Below are positions 1 to 6,831 of a DNA stretch of 12,131 nucleotides, in pieces; position 1 is the first letter of the stretch; each line of letters starts with the position of its first letter. A model generated the notes under the pieces. It did no database searches. It was not told where the DNA came from and was given only the letters and a program-made list of their open reading frames with translations. Both the position numbers and the translations under genes were made by a program. Source of the stretch: PVC group bacterium (GTDB lineage Bacteria; Auribacterota; Erginobacteria; Erginobacterales; Erginobacteraceae); contig JAZDIV010000112.1 in the NCBI GenBank assembly GCA_043804695.1, positions 1 through 12,131 on the forward strand, in the 5' to 3' direction.

Positions 1-252
1 CCGGCCCAATACCACCTGAATGTCAACCGCGCGCTCTGCGCCGTCTTCCGGCCCGGTACCGGTCTCTGGTCGATCCGGGGAGTGACCCGGTTCTACTTCG
101 GCACCGGCTCCGACTACCCGGTCCCGGGCGACTACGCCCGGGCCGGCCACGCTCAGGCAGCCGTCTTCGGGGACGGCAACGGCCGGTGGGCGATCCGGGG
201 GGTCAGCAGGGCCTACTTCGGAACCACCGGCGACATTCCCGTAGCCAGGTAA
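1..252 (+). CDS. 3' end (partial) of a probable secreted/surface protein with ~40-aa FG-GAP/VCBS-like C-terminal repeats
   Basis: Not in the ORF track. Frame 1 is open from base 1 to TAA at 250-252: PAQYHLNVNRALCAVFRPGTGLWSIRGVTRFYFGTGSDYPVPGDYARAGHAQAAVFGDGNGRWAIRGVSRAYFGTTGDIPVAR*. It contains two copies of AVF-x4-G-x-W-x-IRGV-x-R-x-YFG-x3-D-x-PV at a 120-nt period, and PVPGDY resembles the FG-GAP/VCBS motif. Confidence 0.8.
   Translation, partial: PAQYHLNVNRALCAVFRPGTGLWSIRGVTRFYFGTGSDYPVPGDYARAGHAQAAVFGDGNGRWAIRGVSRAYFGTTGDIPVAR
40..243 (+). repeat. Intragenic 120-nt (40-aa) tandem repeat, two copies
   Basis: gccgtcttc at 40 and 160, cgatccgggg at 71 and 191, ctacttcgg at 93 and 213, all offset by 120 nt. 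Confidence 0.85.
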
Positions 253-360
253 TTCTCGCCGGCGCGGGGATAAAAAGTCCTCTCCCGGGCCTATGTGCCC
301 GCCCAGCCGTAACCCCCCTTCTCAATATCCGATAAGAGTATTTATTCCTCGGCCCGCTTG

Positions 361-369
361 TGATATTCT
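361..369 (+). promoter_or_regulatory. Possible extended -10 promoter element (TGaTATTCT) for the 444 gene
   Basis: TGn-TAnnnT pattern in an AT-rich intergenic region about 75 nt before the ATG. The hexamer 17 bp upstream (TTTATT, 341-346) is a weak -35 match. Confidence 0.3.
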
Positions 370-388
370 TCCTGTTCCTGTTTCGGGG

Positions 389-425
389 TCTTATTTTTTC
401 TTATTTTTTCCGCGAAAAAATAAGA
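389..425. promoter_or_regulatory. Perfect 12-bp-arm inverted repeat TCTTATTTTTTC-cgc-GAAAAAATAAGA (399-425) with an extra tandem copy of the left arm (389-400); putative operator or RNA hairpin
   Basis: Read directly from the sequence. It ends 18 nt before ATG 444 and abuts a Shine-Dalgarno-like AGAAGGA. Identical arms recur at 2382-2408. Confidence 0.6.
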
Positions 426-443
426 GAAGGATCAACTTAATAT

Positions 444-2273
444 ATGCGGCCATTAAACCAAAAGACACTCCATTACCTGGTTCTCGCGCTTATCCTCCTG
501 ACCCATCTCTACGGCGTGGTCATCTTCCTGCCCCCGGGAGAACAGCTTCTCAGGGGCCAGCCCATCTATAATTCCGACTACCTCCTCCATTTCTACCAGG
601 CCAACTCCGCCCGCCACTTCCTCGCCGCTTCCGGCCGGATGTGGGGATACGATCCTCACCTGATGGCCGGGTATCCGGCCAACGCGATCTATGACGTGGG
701 GTACAAATTGAGCGAGCTCTTCACGTCCGGCTTCTCTTTTCTCGGGCCGGCCCGGGCCTACAATCTTTTTATCGTCATCACCTTCCTTCTCCCCCCCCTC
801 CTGATCTACTGGGCGGCTTTTAAATTCGGGCTCACCCAGCCCCAGGCCCTGACGGCAACGCTGCTGGCAGTCCTGATCTGGCATCTGGACCACAACATGA
901 ACGGCATCAGCTCGCCCCTGCAGGGGATCCTGGCCTGGGGGATGTTCACCTTCGCGTTCGCCTGCTTTCTCTCAGTCTTCACTATCGGCGTCTTCTTCCG
1001 CTACTCCCGCGACGGCAAGCGGAGAGACCTTGTCCTCTTCTTCATCTGCGGCCCCCTGCTCCTCCTCTTCCACCTCTTCGCCGCCGTGATCGTGGCCCTC
1101 CCCCTGGGGATCCTCTTTCTCGACGGCATCCGGAGGGAGCCCCGGAAATTTCTGATCATACTCGTCCTCTGGGTCATCTTGATACTGATCTGCAACGGTT
1201 TCTGGATTCTCCCGCTTCTCACTTTCCGGCACTATACCCGGCAGTTTACCCCGGGGCATTTCCAGTGGTGGCTGATCAGAAACTTCTTCGTCTACCACGG
1301 CGGAATGAGACCGCTCGCCCTCTGGCTCTTCTTCGGCCTGCTGGGCATCGCCAGCTGGAAGAAAGACCGGCGCCCCCTCCAGATAGCCTACCTGGCGGTC
1401 ATCGTCTTCTTCCTCTTCATCGGTTTCCGGGGCAGCTGGATCCACCCCGTCATCGATGCCCTGGAACCGCTCCGATTCATCATCTCCCTGAAATGCCTCC
1501 TGATCATTCCCGCCGCCGTCGCGGTGACCGGGGCCGTGGAGATCGTCAGCTCCCGGACCGTTAAAATCATCCTTCTCTGCGCCATCCTCTTCCTGATGGC
1601 GCTCCTGATGCCGTTCACCGGGCGGCTCTCGGCGAGACTCCCCGAGAAGGCGGACCAGCTGATCGATTTTCTCCGGGAAAAGACCGATCCCTCGGGGAGA
1701 ATACTGGTTCAGAACTCCGATGCCCTCCATACCGGCATGTATTTCGGGACCCACGTTCTCTTCTTCCCCCTTTACATGCCGATCGAGCAGATCGGGGGAC
1801 CGCCCGGCCGGATGCCCCTCGTTCATCACTTCGCGGAGTTCCAGTACCACCGGCTCTTCGGCAGGCACCTCACCGAGTTTACCGGGGAGGCGGTGCGGGA
1901 GTATCTCGATCTTTACAACATCAGGTGGATTGTCGTTTATTCGCAGACCGCCCGTGCGTTCTTCGGGGACCGGCCGGAGATCACCCGACTGATCGGGAAG
2001 GTGCGATATCACCAGGAAAACAAATTCTACGTCTTCGAGGTTTTGAGAGAGCCGGACTTTTTTATCAAGGGATCGGGGAATATTACCGCGACCTACGACC
2101 GGATCGAGATCGACAATGCTTCACCAGGGGAGATCATCATAAAATATCACTGGCTGGAGACACTCAAGACGCGCCAGGAGGTGAGGCTGGAGCCGGTCTT
2201 CATGCTCGATGATCCGGTCCCCTTCATTAAACTGATCAATCCCGGCCACTCGACGATAGAAATTTACAACTAA
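444..2273 (+). CDS. Multi-pass membrane protein, GT-C-fold glycosyltransferase-like (YfhO / PTPS-related membrane domain type)
   Basis: 609 aa with roughly 12 hydrophobic segments. The first loop after TM1 carries an Asp (IYNSDYLLHFY) and a WGYDPHLMAGYP motif. The soluble C-terminal domain (YLDLYNIRWIVV ... IIIKYHW) is typical of GT-C/YfhO-like proteins. AGAAGGA lies upstream. Confidence 0.7.
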   Translation: MRPLNQKTLHYLVLALILLTHLYGVVIFLPPGEQLLRGQPIYNSDYLLHFYQANSARHFLAASGRMWGYDPHLMAGYPANAIYDVGYKLSELFTSGFSFLGPARAYNLFIVITFLLPPLLIYWAAFKFGLTQPQALTATLLAVLIWHLDHNMNGISSPLQGILAWGMFTFAFACFLSVFTIGVFFRYSRDGKRRDLVLFFICGPLLLLFHLFAAVIVALPLGILFLDGIRREPRKFLIILVLWVILILICNGFWILPLLTFRHYTRQFTPGHFQWWLIRNFFVYHGGMRPLALWLFFGLLGIASWKKDRRPLQIAYLAVIVFFLFIGFRGSWIHPVIDALEPLRFIISLKCLLIIPAAVAVTGAVEIVSSRTVKIILLCAILFLMALLMPFTGRLSARLPEKADQLIDFLREKTDPSGRILVQNSDALHTGMYFGTHVLFFPLYMPIEQIGGPPGRMPLVHHFAEFQYHRLFGRHLTEFTGEAVREYLDLYNIRWIVVYSQTARAFFGDRPEITRLIGKVRYHQENKFYVFEVLREPDFFIKGSGNITATYDRIEIDNASPGEIIIKYHWLETLKTRQEVRLEPVFMLDDPVPFIKLINPGHSTIEIYN

Positions 2274-2280
2274 GAACGTA

Positions 2281-2302
2281 GCCCTCGCTTCACTCGGGCA
2301 AC
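2281..2302. repeat. REP-like short hairpin GCCC-tcgcttcactc-GGGC followed by AAC
   Basis: gccctcgcttcactcgggcaac begins 7 nt after the 444..2273 stop. It shares a GCAACT 3' end with the hairpin at 2467-2482. Confidence 0.4.
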
Positions 2303-2312
2303 TAAATAAAAC

Positions 2313-2339
2313 TACGAATTTCGCGAATTACACGAATTT
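2313..2339 (+). repeat. Three imperfect 9-nt tandem repeats (tacgaattt cgcgaatta cacgaattt)
   Basis: CGAATT recurs every 9 nt. Confidence 0.75.
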
Positions 2340-2381
2340 ACTTTAAAATTTCCCTGCGCTGTCGGTTCAATGCTTGCACGT

Positions 2382-2408
2382 TCTTATTTTTTCAAAGAAA
2401 AAATAAGA
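2382..2408. promoter_or_regulatory. Second copy of the palindrome: TCTTATTTTTTC-aaa-GAAAAAATAAGA
   Basis: Perfect 12-bp inverted arms identical to 399-425. Only the 3-nt centre differs. Confidence 0.6.
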
Positions 2409-2414
2409 TTATTG

Positions 2415-2444
2415 TGCGCCAGAGGCGCATCAGCCTCAGGCTGA
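2415..2444. repeat. Back-to-back double palindrome TGCGCC-aga-GGCGCA / TCAGCCT-c-AGGCTGA (REP-like)
   Basis: Two perfect adjacent inverted repeats at 2415-2429 and 2430-2444. Confidence 0.65.
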
Positions 2445-2486
2445 AAATTCCGAAGCAGGAACTTAACGCCTTCGGCGCAACTTTTC

Positions 2487-2579
2487 GCCACTAAGACACG
2501 CCAGACACTAAGGAGAACTCAATAAGGTGAGTATTTTGCCCTTTCCCTTCTTTTCTTGGTGTCTTGGTGCCTTGGTGGC
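2487..2579. repeat. Long imperfect inverted repeat built from 8-nt periodic units
   Basis: Left arm gccactaagacacgccagacactaag (2487-2512). Right arm cttggtgt-cttggtgc-cttggtgg-c (2555-2579) has reverse complement gccaccaaggcaccaagacaccaag. Most mismatches would be G-U pairs on one strand or the other. Loop is about 42 nt. Confidence 0.75.
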
Positions 2580-2619
2580 TAATAATTATTAAAAAGACGA
2601 AACAGGAACTTCACTCGCC

Positions 2620-3933
2620 ATGGCTGAAATCAGCACCGGGAAAAAAATCCTCTTTTATCTCATCCTACTCTTCGGCATCTATCTTGTCTGCGAGGTCGGC
2701 ACGTTCGGGCTTTCCCTCATCATAACCGGGAAACCGTTCTCCTTTTTTTTACTGCAATCCGAGCGGCTCTCGATTACGGGCGGTAACGGGCCGGGGCGGG
2801 GCGCCGGTGACGATACCCCTCTCCCCGCCGCCGCGGACGAGGAAGAGTTAGAGGTGATCCACCCCTATCTGGGTTTCGTCCGCAATCCCCGGCAGACTCC
2901 GGGCCACAACGAGTTCGGCTTTCCCGGCGAACGTTCCCCTCTCGAAACACCCTCGGACCGGGAGATGATCGTGGGAATTTTCGGGGGATCATTTGCGGAA
3001 GGGTTGAGCGATGGGGGGGGCGATGTTTTGATCGAAGAGCTCAAAAGCATCCCCCGGTTCGATAACCGGGAAATCAGTATCCTCACGTACGCGGTGGGGG
3101 GATACAAACAGCCCCAGCAGTTCTTCACGCTCGCCTACTTCCTCTCGCTGGGTGCCCATTTCGATATCGTCATCAATCTCGACGGCTTCAACGAGCTGGT
3201 GCTGCCCCGCCACGAGAACATACCCAAGCACGTCTTCCCTTTTTACCCGCGGGGATGGTTTCTCAGGGTGCAGAGCCTCCCTGAGCCGGACCTGCTGCTG
3301 AAACTGGGAGAGATCGCCCTTCTCAAGGAAAAGCGAAAAAAATGGGCCCGCTTCTTCTCGGCTGATCCGGTCCGTTGGAGCGTCATCGCCAACCTGGCCT
3401 GGAAATACCGCGACCGGGGATTGACCGCCCGCGAGACCGGCGCGATTACGGCTCTTCAGGAATCCGGAGCGAAGGAGGCCGGCTACCTGGCCACGGGACC
3501 TTCATTTCATTACAGCGACAAGTACCTGGACTTCGCCCGTTACTGGGAACGCTGCTCGATTCTGATGGACCAGCTCTGCCGGGCCAACGGGATAGCCTAC
3601 TTCCATGTCCTCCAGCCCAACCAGCACGTGCCGGGCTCCAAGAGCATCACCCCGGAAGAGGCGGCGGTGGCTTTCAGTGGGGCGAATACCGTCTACCGGA
3701 GGGCGGTTATAAAAGGATACCCGCACCTTCGCGCGCTGGGGAAGAACCTGGCGAAACGCGGTGTGCATTTTCTCGACCTGTCCATGATCTTCCGGGGAAT
3801 CGAAAAGCCGCTCTATATCGATAACTGCTGCCATGTCAGTGAAGAAGGATACCGGATGATCGGACGCAGTATCGGTTCCTACATCACCGACATTCTCGGA
3901 ACCGGCCAGCCCCCCCCCTCTCCTCTCCCATGA
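2620..3933 (+). CDS. Membrane-anchored SGNH/GDSL-hydrolase-fold protein (possible glycan acyl-transferase/esterase)
   Basis: 437 aa with an N-terminal TM. Block I-like GIFGGSFAEG, block II-like AVGGYKQPQQ, block III-like INLDGFNE and block V-like YIDNCCHVSEEGY. Confidence 0.7.
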   Translation: MAEISTGKKILFYLILLFGIYLVCEVGTFGLSLIITGKPFSFFLLQSERLSITGGNGPGRGAGDDTPLPAAADEEELEVIHPYLGFVRNPRQTPGHNEFGFPGERSPLETPSDREMIVGIFGGSFAEGLSDGGGDVLIEELKSIPRFDNREISILTYAVGGYKQPQQFFTLAYFLSLGAHFDIVINLDGFNELVLPRHENIPKHVFPFYPRGWFLRVQSLPEPDLLLKLGEIALLKEKRKKWARFFSADPVRWSVIANLAWKYRDRGLTARETGAITALQESGAKEAGYLATGPSFHYSDKYLDFARYWERCSILMDQLCRANGIAYFHVLQPNQHVPGSKSITPEEAAVAFSGANTVYRRAVIKGYPHLRALGKNLAKRGVHFLDLSMIFRGIEKPLYIDNCCHVSEEGYRMIGRSIGSYITDILGTGQPPPSPLP

Positions 3934-5222
3934 AGCGATCACTCCGCTTGCAGCTGCTCACCCTGGCGCTGGCGCTGGCGGCCGGTGCTCTCATCTGTGA
4001 AGGAGTCGTCCGGATGATGACCGATTCCGACCCGGACGGGCAGATTTACCTGCGGGGAGAGCGGCTTTTTCCTTACCGGATACCCCTGCGGCGAATCGGT
4101 CGTCTCCTTGAGGAGCGTGAAAACAGCCGCGAAAACGCGTATATCATTCCGGATCCGGCCCTGGGCTGGACAATCGCTCCGTTCGGGAGCGTCGAGGCGG
4201 GGCTCTACCGGGCCAACTCCCGGGGGATCCGTTCCCGGCCGAAGGAATACTCCCTTGATCCTCCTCCCGGCGTCCTGCGGATCGCTCTCTTTGGCGATTC
4301 GTTTACCCACGGAGATGAGGAACCATATGTCCAAACCTGGGGGCACCTTCTGGAAGACGAGCTGCGGAAAAGAGGCATCGAAGCGGAGGTGATTAACTTC
4401 GGTGTCCCGGCGTACGGCATCGGACAGGCCTACCTGCGCTGGAAGCTGCTGGGACGCGGGTTCGCGCCGCGGGTTGCCGTCTTCGGTTTTCAGGTGGAGA
4501 ATATCAAACGGACCATCAACATCTTCCGGGTTTTTTACAGCGCCTCGTCCGGCCTCCCCTTCAGCAAACCCCGGTTCGTTCTTACCCGGACCGGAGACCT
4601 CGAACTGGTCAACAGTCCGGTCATCCCGCCCGAAAAGATCGTGGAGACTTTACGGGATTTCCCCCGGTCACCCCTGGCCCGGTATGAATACTGGTTCAAT
4701 CCGAAGAGTTACTCCAGCGCGTTCTGGTTCCGAAGCCGTCTGGCCTGCCTGATCAGAACCCTCTTTCCTCCCGCCTCCCCCGACCGGCAGGAAGCGGACG
4801 GCTGGCTTGAACCGGGCGGGGAAACGGTGCGGCTGATTCTGGCCATTCTCGAGCGCTTCGCCCGGGAGGTCGAAGCGTCGGGAGGGACGCCGATCATCCT
4901 TAATATCCCCGCCAAATCTGAACTGAAAAATTTCCAGAAAGGGATCAGATCGTATTATTTTTTATTCAGGGAATTGGAGCAAGCTGGTATTCCTGTCGTG
5001 GATCCCGTACCGATGATGGCGGGTAAACATGGATTGTACAAAAAGGGGGGGCATTTCTCCAGCCGGGGGGGACGGATCGTGGCCGATACCCTGGTCGATA
5101 CGATTATCCGTCTGATTGACACCGCTCCTTTTCGATCGGCGACTGCATCCGGTGCGGGTGAAAGCGGCCGGCTATCGGTCGGGAAGGAAACGGAGAAGAC
5201 GGGCTCTCCGGCCCTCGAATGA
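3930..5222 (+). CDS. Membrane-anchored SGNH/GDSL hydrolase family protein (AlgJ/AlgX-like acetyltransferase/esterase superfamily)
   Basis: 430 aa with an N-terminal TM. Motifs PDPALGW, NSRGIR, RIALFGDSFTHG, VINFGVPAYGIGQ and C-terminal GGHFSSRGG. ATGA overlap with the upstream gene. Confidence 0.8.
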   Translation: MKRSLRLQLLTLALALAAGALICEGVVRMMTDSDPDGQIYLRGERLFPYRIPLRRIGRLLEERENSRENAYIIPDPALGWTIAPFGSVEAGLYRANSRGIRSRPKEYSLDPPPGVLRIALFGDSFTHGDEEPYVQTWGHLLEDELRKRGIEAEVINFGVPAYGIGQAYLRWKLLGRGFAPRVAVFGFQVENIKRTINIFRVFYSASSGLPFSKPRFVLTRTGDLELVNSPVIPPEKIVETLRDFPRSPLARYEYWFNPKSYSSAFWFRSRLACLIRTLFPPASPDRQEADGWLEPGGETVRLILAILERFAREVEASGGTPIILNIPAKSELKNFQKGIRSYYFLFRELEQAGIPVVDPVPMMAGKHGLYKKGGHFSSRGGRIVADTLVDTIIRLIDTAPFRSATASGAGESGRLSVGKETEKTGSPALE

Positions 5223-6818
5223 GACCTCCTCGACCAGTCGGAAGCCGGGGGGGAGGTCGTCGCCGCTCAGGCGGCGCCAGAGATCCGGATGGATCATGTC
5301 CCTGTTGTAATCGTCGATGACCAGATATTGTATCCCCCGACGGCGAAGATAGTCTGGAAGCCCGGAATAATCCCCCCAGTAAAAGACGTTCCAGCGGCAG
5401 CCGGCGTAATGGCTCACCCCCATCCGGAACATCATCACGTTCTCCTTCTCGATACCCGGCACTTCCGTCTTCATCCACTCCCCCATCAGCTTATATTCAT
5501 AGGGGATGCCGATCTTCTTCCACTTGCGATAGATGATCCCGGCCGATCCGGCCAGCAGGCCGAGGATGAGCAGGGCCGCCAGGAGATAATACCCTCCCTG
5601 TTTCAGCCCGGACCGGGAAGCGCGGGCGGCACTCTCCCAGCCGGCCATGATCCGGGAGCATACGATCAGGCCCAGCGGGACGAAAACATAGAAGTAGCGA
5701 TGCTCTATGGTCACGATGACAAAGACCAGGACGGGCGTGAACAGCAAAAGCAAAAAAAGTCCGGACAGGAAGCTGCGGCGGCGGAGGAAATTCGCGATAA
5801 AGAAGGCGAAGAAGACAACGAGAACCGCTCCCAGGGCGGCGGCCAGGAGCCGTCCGTCGATCCCCAGGTATCCGGCCGACTTTTCGATCTCCTGGCAGCC
5901 GTCCTTCAGATTATACCGGACCACCTCCATGAACTCGCCCGGGCGGCGGACCGCCATTGTCAGTATCCCCATCCCCTTCTCCTCCGGCCCGGAGCCGGCG
6001 TCTTCCGGGTGGAAGATCATCTCCATATGCCGGAAGATAATCGACGAGACCGGGGTGCCCCGGGCCTGGGCCAGCCGCAGGGTCAGATCCTGGAAATGGC
6101 TGGACCCGCTGACCTGCCAGTTTCCGGTTACCCGGTGGACAAAGATCCAGAAAGGCAGGCAGGTGAGGCCGAAGCCGATCACGAAGATAAGCGCCCTCAG
6201 GAGGAATCGCCTCCAGGAACTTCTAAAGACCGAGAACTGCGCGACAAAAAGGAAGAGAATCAGCAGGGGGAGAAATGCCAGACCCGAGGGGTGGGTAAGA
6301 AAAGCGAGGCCGATCAATATCCCCGCCGGCAGCATCCCGAGCCGGCGTTTTCGGCAAAACGTCAGCCAGAAGACGGCGACCCCCGAAATCAGAAGAAAGG
6401 TATAGAGCGATTCGGAGAACGTCTCCACGGAACCGTAGATCAGAACCGGAAAGATGGCGGTGAAGATGCCGGCGTAGAGAGCGGTCCGGGAGTCATAAAG
6501 ATATTTTGCCAGGCAATAGACCGGCAGGACCAGCAGCGACCCGGCGATCGTGGAGACCAGATGTCCGGCCAGGATTAACTCCCCGGTCGCCTGCCAGAAG
6601 AGCCCGATTACGATCGGGTAGAGCGGCGGATGGATGGTGTGGGGGATCCCGAACTCAGTCAACCCCTCTCCGGTAAAGAGGTTCTTTGCCAGCAGGAGGT
6701 AGGTCACTGAATCGGTGCCCCCCCCCGAGTCGATGAAGCCGAATGTCAGCAGGGAGATCAGGCGGATAAGTAAGGCAAGGATGAACAGGACGATAATTGC
6801 TTTGGTATCTTTGGACAT
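5172..6818 (-). CDS. ArnT/PMT-type (GT83/GT39-like, GT-C fold) glycosyltransferase
   Basis: 548 aa multi-TM. TDSVTYLLLAKNL after TM1, HPPLYP, FSESLYTFL, GLAFLTHP, EHRYF and a C-terminal soluble domain (GIQYLVID). Confidence 0.85.
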   Translation of the reverse strand: MSKDTKAIIVLFILALLIRLISLLTFGFIDSGGGTDSVTYLLLAKNLFTGEGLTEFGIPHTIHPPLYPIVIGLFWQATGELILAGHLVSTIAGSLLVLPVYCLAKYLYDSRTALYAGIFTAIFPVLIYGSVETFSESLYTFLLISGVAVFWLTFCRKRRLGMLPAGILIGLAFLTHPSGLAFLPLLILFLFVAQFSVFRSSWRRFLLRALIFVIGFGLTCLPFWIFVHRVTGNWQVSGSSHFQDLTLRLAQARGTPVSSIIFRHMEMIFHPEDAGSGPEEKGMGILTMAVRRPGEFMEVVRYNLKDGCQEIEKSAGYLGIDGRLLAAALGAVLVVFFAFFIANFLRRRSFLSGLFLLLLFTPVLVFVIVTIEHRYFYVFVPLGLIVCSRIMAGWESAARASRSGLKQGGYYLLAALLILGLLAGSAGIIYRKWKKIGIPYEYKLMGEWMKTEVPGIEKENVMMFRMGVSHYAGCRWNVFYWGDYSGLPDYLRRRGIQYLVIDDYNRDMIHPDLWRRLSGDDLPPGFRLVEEVSFEGRRARLLRFLPDR

Positions 6819-6831
6819 AACTTAGATTAAC

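Noticed and set aside
254..276. Weak hairpin after the first gene as a terminator
   Set aside because: The stem relies on G-U pairs and is followed by an A run rather than a U run on the + strand, so it is not supportable.
293..571. 92-aa + strand ORF overlapping the start of the 444 gene
   Set aside because: It runs through the palindromic AT-rich leader and out of frame into a well-supported gene, with no recognisable motif.
972..2012. 346-aa antisense ORF (also 453..893)
   Set aside because: Antisense shadow of a hydrophobic GC-rich gene. The E/D/Q/K-rich composition is what reverse-complemented Leu/Phe/Ile/Val codons produce.
5289..6578. 429-aa + strand ORF (also 5707..6405 and 7600..8097)
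   Set aside because: Antisense shadows of the ArnT-like genes with no domain motifs.
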